From the NCBI GenBank assembly GCA_963813135.1, contig CAWEXY010000017.1, positions 1 through 14,620 of the forward strand: a stretch of 14,620 bases of DNA, read 5' to 3'. Of the stretch, positions 8,851-14,620 are shown piece after piece. The notes beneath the pieces are model-generated. The model did no database searches, had not been told where the DNA came from, and saw only the letters and a program-made list of their open reading frames with translations. The first letter of the stretch is position 1. Each line of letters starts with the position of its first letter. Position numbers and translations under genes: made by a program. The DNA is from an uncultured Verrucomicrobiae bacterium. Its GTDB lineage: Bacteria; Chlamydiota; Chlamydiia; Chlamydiales; Rhabdochlamydiaceae.

Positions 8851-9008
8851 CCCTCGGTGATTCAAAAATCGGTTTTGGTCAGCGTCGGCTTTGCCCCATA
8901 TTTTTCGTCCTCGCTTCGGGCTGTGTTCTAGAACACAGCTCCTCGCTCCGGCCAAAAAATCTGGGGAGCCTCCTTGCCCAATTCCCGATTTTTGAATCAC
9001 TCACGGTA
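8851..9008. mobile_element. ~150-nt palindromic element (MITE/RPE-like)
   Basis: Perfect 16-bp inverted repeat gtgattcaaaaatcgg (8857-8872)/ccgatttttgaatcac (8985-9000). Inner stems ggct/agcc and cccca/tgggg. Central perfect 20-bp palindrome gctgtgttctagaacacagc (8920-8939), flanked by direct cctcgct repeats (8909-8915, 8941-8947). Confidence 0.85.
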
Positions 9009-9012
9009 TTGA

Positions 9013-9041
9013 ATTATACCTATTGAACTAAAAAAGAACAA
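9013..9041 (-). promoter_or_regulatory. Putative sigma70/sigma66-type promoter for the Pta-N-like gene
   Basis: Minus strand TTGTTC (9041-9036)-17nt-TATAAT (9018-9013). The predicted start site is about 9006. Confidence 0.6.
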
Positions 9042-9083
9042 ACAGTACAGGAAGAATTAAAGGCTAAAAGGAGTTGTAGGCCT

Positions 9084-9368
9084 ATGAAAAAACTAATTCT
9101 TGCGTTTGTTGCGCTGGCCTTAGCTTTTGCCATTTCGTCTTGTTGCGACCAGAGTTATTGTCCCAACAACATGAAATGCTCAGAGAAAGGCGGCGGGGAG
9201 AAGAGGCACCTTACCGATGGGACCAAGATCAGCGGCAACAGCCACCGGCTCAGCAATCGGAAAGACAGCATCGCCGCTGGTAAGTCTGAAGGCCATCTTT
9301 CAAAAGAAGGCGGAGAACTTCTTGCACATCGGGGAAAAGATCCAACCCCTGAAGTTCTTCATAACTAA
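9084..9368 (+). CDS. Small cysteine-containing lipoprotein (OmcA-like N-terminus)
   Basis: MKK + hydrophobic core + lipobox ISS-C followed by CDQSYCPNNMKC. AAGGAG RBS at 9068-9073. The 3' end overlaps the convergent Nudix gene and is uncertain. Confidence 0.7.
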   Translation: MKKLILAFVALALAFAISSCCDQSYCPNNMKCSEKGGGEKRHLTDGTKISGNSHRLSNRKDSIAAGKSEGHLSKEGGELLAHRGKDPTPEVLHN

Positions 9369-9723
9369 ACCACTGAAAGCCGTTTAAGTCTTCCCTCAAA
9401 GCCACAGGTTTAGCTAGATAGATAAAGTCCATGTGCTGATGGGCTGGCTTGTCTTTATACTCGGGGACATTTTCCAAAAGACAGAGGAAAGGGCGCTCGA
9501 AGCTCACTGCATTATAGCCGTTGATTTTCAGATTCTCTTGTTCGATGAATTCGATCTCAAGCCCCGTCTCTTCCCGCACTTCGCGCCTGGCCGCTTCGGG
9601 CGGCGTCTCATTCGGCTCGATGTGGCCGCCTGGCGGCATCCATTTCCCGAGCTTGGCATGGTGGTGGAGGAGCACTTTCCCCTCATGGAAAATGTAGGCG
9701 GTGGCCGTAAACTGTTTTTCCAT
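9250..9723 (-). CDS. Nudix hydrolase
   Basis: Complete Nudix box GGHIEPNETPPEAARREVREETGL, plus FTATAYI...VLLH.H.KLGKW and H.H.DFIY. Confidence 0.93.
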   Translation of the reverse strand: MEKQFTATAYIFHEGKVLLHHHAKLGKWMPPGGHIEPNETPPEAARREVREETGLEIEFIEQENLKINGYNAVSFERPFLCLLENVPEYKDKPAHQHMDFIYLAKPVALREDLNGFQWFSYEELQGLDLFPDVQEVLRLLLKDGLQTYQRRCCLSDC

Positions 9724-9725
9724 CG

Positions 9726-12700
9726 TTATTTAGCCAGTGCTTTGAGCGCGCGCGTTGAGGCCGCTTTATAGATCCTTGGAGCTAGAATAAATTTATAGCC
9801 ATTTTTAAAGATATCCATCACTTGCGCATTGACCCGTTTTTGAAGTGCGGAGACTGCGCCTTGGCGGCCGTTCCAGCCACCGACCGCGGCCCCTAAGCCG
9901 GCTCCAGCGTAATTCCAAAGCGGCGCCAGAGGATAAGCGGCAAGGGCTCCTCCCGCAGCGAAGCCTGCAGCAGAGAGAATCATGGGCACTGCGACTTTGG
10001 GTTCAGGAGAATTTTGGGTATGACCCGCGAAGAAGGAAAAGCCAGCAGCTCCGAGTCCTGCGCCGATAAATGTCCCGGCAGGTCCCGCTAAGCTGCCAAT
10101 TGCCCCGCAAATGCCCGAAGCGATACCGGCACCCACTTTAGCGGCGATTGAGGTAAAGGCGGCTGGAAAACTGGGCTTTGCTTTCTGAATTTCTCTATGG
10201 AGTGCTTCGACTTCTTTGGAGATCAGCGCGATCTCTTTTTGCATGTCGGTATGGTTTTTCTCTTTCAATCGAGTGTATTTTGTAATTTTATCTTCAGTCC
10301 ACGCTGAAGCTGCATCGAGATACTGGTCCAGAGTCTCTTGAGCGCGGTTTTTAAGACCTCGGTGCTTATCATACATTCTCTGCAGCGCGCTCTCTAATTG
10401 ATCCCATTTTGATTGAAGATTGGAGCCTGTGCCGATCAAGGTTTCCAGTTCCACTTTCTCATCTTGAGGGAAATGTTCGAGATGTCTTCTCAGCTCAGCA
10501 ATACATTCGCGAGGTTTAAATCCCTTCTGATGGGCTCCGCGCTCGTAATTGAGGAGGCTATCTAAGTATCCCTCTTGAGCCGCTTCGCCGTTTTCGCTTC
10601 GGGGCGGAGAGAGGGCAATCAGGGCATCGATGATATTTTGTTCATTCACGACTTTTTCAGATTCAAGGGTGATATCAGAGATCAGAGTGCCCAAGATTTT
10701 AGAGGCTGGGGATTTAGGCCCTAAGCATTTTGTGATCTCTTCAACTGGCTTTTCTAGCGGGTAGATCAACTGATTGTGAAGGTGCCGTGGCTGGGCGTGG
10801 AATTCTTGTCGGATGGATGCGAAAAGCTCTTGAATCGTGGTGAGCTGTCTAGCAACAGAGGCGTGGGCAGGATAGTAGTCTTGAGCCTCTTGAAGCTGCA
10901 ACATCCGCTCTTCAATTTTGGCCACCCGCTCATAAATCGGGGTGAGGATCCGCCAGATAGGTTCCCGGTCAACTTTGGCCAGGGATTCGATTTTATCTTG
11001 AACCTCTTTTCTGTTGGCGAATACTTGCATGATCTGGAAGAAAGTCGCGATGTCGTTTTGCACGTTATTATCAGGGGTGGGGGATAGAGCCGATTCAGCG
11101 ATTTTTTCTCCCATCAGCTCGCATAGATCCCTTAGTTGTTCAACGGTATAGTTGGTGATCTCTTTTCTCGCCGCAAACGATGCTTTTGCCACCTTTTTGG
11201 CAGCGTCAGGATCTTCTCCATTGACCTGCTTGGCTACCGCCGAGGAGACGATCTCTTGAACGACCTCTTCTGCAAGGCGTCCAAATTTCAGGTTCTCTTC
11301 CCGGTATTCGGCTTCGAGGGCTTTTTGATCTTTGGCCTCGCCTGAGAAAGGTTTGGCGGCCAGTTCTAAGAGGTTAGCAAATAATTCCCCCGACTTAGCG
11401 GACTCATTGAGATAATTAAAGAGAATATTACCCGCATCGACGGTCGCTATTTCGATCGCATTTTCGATCTTCTTGTCTAAAAACCCTTTTTCCCCTCTTT
11501 CGATCGCTTTTCTCAACTCTTTCGATGTTTTATAGGGCTCGAGGGCAATCGCCTCTTTGAGGTGTTTAATCACAGGCGAAAGGAGTTCGGTAATCCCGGG
11601 AATTGCGACGTTCGGCTTGCCAGAATTTCCCGATCCATTTTTTCTCAGCTTCTCGAGTTGCGATGTAAAAAATTGGGTTAAGCTGATCGCAAAGGGCAAG
11701 TTGTGCGGTTGGGCAAGACTCCAACCCTTTCTGGACTCCCGATTCAATCACATTGGGCAAGATCCATGATTTCATGGTACTTTGAATGATAAACCGATTA
11801 ATAAACCATTCAAACCGCTCAAACAAAATTCCAAAAAGTGGAATTTTTTGCAGAGTGGTGAAGAAAAGGGGACCCTGAAGTCTCGGCTGACCATTTTTTC
11901 GCTGACCGCTTTACAGATCGCTTTTAAGGAGAATCCGATATGTTCTTCAATAGCTCGATTCCGGCACTCTTCTAAATCTCCATGCACTTTTTCGTAAGCA
12001 AAGTCTTTCGTGGCTCGAATATCTTCAATCAAGAATTGATTGGCGTTTTTGAGGACTTCGCTAAAGAAGACAGTTCGCGTGCTGCTATTTTCAGAAGTCA
12101 AATCTTCGGTCATCTTGAAGCAGGCGTTCATGATAGCTTCGATGCTATTGGACAGGATCGATGTTTTATAATAGACCCAATAGAATAACCCGGCGCTAAA
12201 TTTTTGGAAGAGGGTGAGATTCGTATATCTTTCAGTAAATAATTTCCAGACAGAGGGGCTATCTTTTCCGGCCACCTTTTTCGTCAGATTGATCAGGGCC
12301 TGGTTGTCTTTCTCCTGAATGCCGCATCGATCGCACATTTTCATGAGAACGGTATAGGCAGTTGATTTTTTAAGGAGGTCGATGCGGGTGAATTCCGCTC
12401 TCTGTTTCCAATCTATGGCTGCGACGCGCGCTTGCAGGTCGGGAGCACGGGTTACTTCAGGATCAAAGGGGGTATTTGGGATTTCAGCGACTGGGCCTAC
12501 ATCTGCGGGGTTGAGAGGGGTCGCTTCACTCGATTTGCGCTTGATGAGCAACTCATCTAGATCGGCCTGGATATTAGCGGGGTCTCGATCGGACTTAACT
12601 CCCCAGTACAGCGGCTCGCTGCAACCCTTTGACAGCGCAGTCATCGATTTTGCGCAAAGCCTCTGTGGGGCTTGAGGTGACAACCAGACTTCGCCCATAT

Positions 12701-12846
12701 TGGATCGCTCTGCGGCTGTAGGAAGTGAGCGGCTGGATCAGTCCATTGCCGAGCTCTACGGCTTTTTTCCAAATAGATGGTTTTTCAATAGCACTTCTAG
12801 CTATTGAATGTCGACCTAAGCTTGTATCAACAATAATGTCAGCCAT
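9726..12846 (-). CDS. Large (~1040 aa) hypothetical helical protein with C-terminal Gly/Ala-rich hydrophobic segments; frameshifts near 12602, 11865 and 11718
   Basis: Four overlapping minus-strand ORFs (12595..12894 from ATG 12846, 11772..12698, 11566..11826, 9726..11747) chain without gaps. The region is charged and helical/coiled-coil-like, followed by two GxxxG-rich hydrophobic stretches. TATAAT at 12874-12869 upstream. Confidence 0.75.
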
Positions 12847-12868
12847 AAATCCCCAATAATTCCATACT

Positions 12869-12940
12869 ATTATACTCCAACTTCGAATAAACAAGTACCC
12901 GAAAAAAGTCCTTGTAAAGCCGAGCCAGATATTGTAAATT
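12869..12940. promoter_or_regulatory. Divergent promoter region (giant gene / mazG)
   Basis: Minus strand TATAAT at 12874-12869. Plus strand TTGTAA (12912-12917)-17nt-TAAATT (12935-12940) ahead of the mazG ATG at 12970. Confidence 0.5.
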
Positions 12941-12969
12941 TTTATTCATTAAACACAAAGAAATAATTT

Positions 12970-13576
12970 ATGCACGAATTCAAAGAACTTCTCGATATTG
13001 CCGATCGACTCTTAAGTCCTGAAGGCTGTCCATGGGATCGCGAGCAGACCCTCTTCACTTCTTTCAGCCCTATCTCCTTGAGGAGGCGCATGAGCTGATT
13101 GAAGCGATTGATTCTGAAAACTCCCCAAAAAATTTCTGAGGAGCTTGGGGATGTGCTTTACGCCCTCATCTTCATTGCCAAACTCAATGAAAAAAGCTCC
13201 CGCATTGATCTCGCCGCTTCGATCCGTGCGGTTTCGGAAAAGCTGATTCGGCGCCATCCGCACGTCTTTGGCAACAAAAAAATTTCCTCAACAGATGATG
13301 TTGTTACCAATTGGGAAGCGGTGAAGAAGGCTGAGGGTAAAAAAAGTCCTATAGACAATATTCCTCCAACCCTTCCCGCCCTTTCACGCGCTCAGAAAGT
13401 GATTCACAAATTGCGCGCGCCAATGCGCTTTCCTCAAGAAAAGAGTTCACACACCCTCGGCCAGCGGCTCTGGGATCTCGTCGCCGAAGGCCGACACCCA
13501 CTCACTCGACGCCGAGAGCGAGCTCCGCCGAGTTACAATAGAGTATGAGAAGAGGTATAAGGAAGAAAAGAAATAG
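12970..13576 (+). CDS. mazG: MazG nucleoside triphosphate pyrophosphohydrolase, frameshifts near 13058, 13125 and 13489
   Basis: MHEFKELLDIADRLLSPEGCPWDREQT / PYLLEEAHELIEAID / EELGDVL...EKLIRRHPHVFG...NWEAVKKAE...LPALSRAQK / LDAESELRR...EEKK* (TAG 13574-13576). The N-terminus is missed by the ORF track. Confidence 0.93.
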
Positions 13577-13580
13577 ACAA

Positions 13581-13638
13581 TTCTCTTTGCGCCCTTGCGC
13601 CTTTATTCAACGCAAAGGCGGAAAGACGCAAAGGGGAG
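13581..13638. repeat. Hairpin built from short CGCAAAG-like units, possible mazG terminator
   Basis: tctctttgcgcccttgcgccttt pairs with aaaggcggaaagacgcaaagggga. It begins 4 nt after the mazG stop. There is no clear U-tract. Confidence 0.6.
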
Positions 13639-13829
13639 GAGTGTGTTGCATAACTCCGATCTCTCGAGGACGGTTTCTTTGCAGACCAAGATCAACGATA
13701 AAAACGATGGAACGATATAACGATAGGGAAAAATAACATAAAATTCTTATCATTAAATCGTTATATCATTAAATCGTTGTCTTGGCAAAAGGAACAGGCT
13801 ATTTTAGGGGGGGGGGGGGCAACACACCC
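13639..13829. mobile_element. Putative MITE-like element enclosing an octamer-repeat hairpin
   Basis: Perfect 9-bp inverted repeat gtgtgttgc (13641-13649)/gcaacacac (13819-13827). Inside is a long imperfect hairpin at 13673-13795 and a G13 run at 13807-13819. No target-site duplication is visible. Confidence 0.5.
13686..13785. repeat. Inverted arrays of 8-nt-period AACGAT / ATCRTT units
   Basis: aacgat at 13694, 13703, 13711 and 13719. atcatt/atcgtt at 13749, 13757, 13765 and 13773. Closed by ccaaga/tcttgg. Confidence 0.85.
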
Positions 13830-13961
13830 ATTGCGGTGCTCAAAAGTGACATTTTTATCACAATCCGTCGATGCGGAATGCAAAACTTAGCCCTTCGGGT
13901 AGTGGCGCGACGCGGGGGATAGGGGATCTCCTCATCCCAACTTCGCAACCTTTAAGTCTAG

Positions 13962-14620
13962 TTATTTCTTATTCCGTAGAATATTGAGCAATGATTCGCG
14001 TGTGAAATCAGCTTTCAGGCGGTAATAAATAAGCGTATCGCCGTAGTCGCTATCAACGTAAAATGGAGGGTGCCTATAGACAGCACCAAGCCCCCATTTA
14101 GATTCGATCAGATCAGGGGCGACATAGATCCCGTAATGTTGTGCGAACATGTATCTATTGTAATACACGACTAGATCACCAAGCCCTCAGGTTTTGCTGT
14201 TGGGACAAAGTAGGTATTTAGCATTTCCCCCGCACTGTGCATAAGAAGGGTGCGCGGCGCCGAGTAAGTTTCAAAAAACTTGCCAAATGCATAATCATAA
14301 CAAACGCCAAAGAATTTTATATATTCCCGCCATTGTATTTGAGGAAAAATTGCAGTGAGCGCTGAACGATTATTCTCCTCAATCTCTTTTCTAATTTTAT
14401 CGTTGTTTTCGTTTTGCACATAGTGGAAGCTGCCATCTTCCTGTTGCTCATACACCGGAGAACCCTGGAATGGGGAGGGGGCAGAGTTAAATCTTGGCAT
14501 GATTTTTTAGCTCGATAAAATTTGCCGATGTCTCCAAAAAAGGAGGGGAGAAAAAAGAAATCGTGTTGAAATGCACCCTTCTTCCTCGATCCCATCTAGA
14601 TTCGACTGTCCCGTTATTTC
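13962..14620 (-). CDS. 5'-partial hypothetical protein with tandem papain/NlpC-P60-like domains; frameshifts near 14593, ~14475 and 14185
   Basis: The joined frames give ...NNGTVESRW-GSRKKGAFQHDFFFLPSFFGDIGKFYR (end of copy 1), then CYDYAF...GDLVVYY...QHYGIY...IESKWGLGAVYRHPPFYVDSDYGDTLIYYR (copy 2). The Cys / GDxVxY / HxG order is typical of NlpC/P60-like folds. Confidence 0.6.

Noticed and set aside
8710..9000. 96-aa minus ORF MIQKSGIGQ...
   Set aside because: It is the translation of the palindromic element running out of frame into the Pta-N gene. There is no evidence it is a protein, though an RPE-style in-frame fusion cannot be fully excluded given the indel errors.
12970..13576. mazG as part of a mazEF toxin-antitoxin or anti-phage system
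   Set aside because: No mazE/mazF or defence genes are adjacent, and the sequence is the ordinary housekeeping CPWD...RRHPHVF type.
13545..13736. 63-aa ORF after mazG
   Set aside because: It runs through the repeat hairpins and overlaps the true mazG end out of frame.
13686..13785. Possible CRISPR array or iterons
   Set aside because: Units are 6-8 nt with no unique spacers. No cas or rep gene is in the window.
13846..13862. CRP-like site gtgacatttttatcaca
   Set aside because: The spacer between GTGA and TCAC is 8 nt rather than 6, and it lies between convergent gene ends.
13890..13946. GC-rich hairpins (gggat/atccc, gcga/tcgc) as an ncRNA or terminator
   Set aside because: Short imperfect stems, no U-tract and no recognisable RNA family.
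14166..14173. Stop-codon readthrough between ORFs 14171..14500 and 13962..14168
   Set aside because: The two ORFs are in different frames. A frameshift near 14185 restores GDLVVY, so the TAG is out of frame.

Overview
This is a gene-dense bacterial window, most likely from an environmental member of phylum Chlamydiota (inferred from ssb-pepA adjacency, an OmcA-like 'SSCC' lipoprotein and RPE-like palindromic elements). The sequence looks like unpolished long-read data: most genes, including lgt and pepA, carry 1-3 short frameshifts, often at homopolymers. The ORF track therefore fragments the real genes. Reassembled order: lgt (5' partial), GT8-like glycosyltransferase, nested palindromes, M48-like metallopeptidase (-), ssb running in frame into pepA, RluA-family pseudouridine synthase, POT peptide transporter (-), WaaC-like GT9, BioD-like/DRTGG Pta-N protein (-) whose predicted 5' leader is a ~150-nt palindromic element, small Cys lipoprotein, Nudix hydrolase (-), a ~1040-aa unknown helical protein with C-terminal glycine-zipper hydrophobic segments (-), mazG, a MITE-like/octamer-hairpin region, and a 5'-partial protein with tandem papain/NlpC-P60-like 'ES[KR]WG' domains (-). 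I see no clear-cut new multi-gene system. The best leads are the giant glycine-zipper protein-Nudix / mazG locus, the palindromic-element leader, the tandem ESxWG-domain protein and the apparent SSB-PepA fusion (probably a sequencing error).
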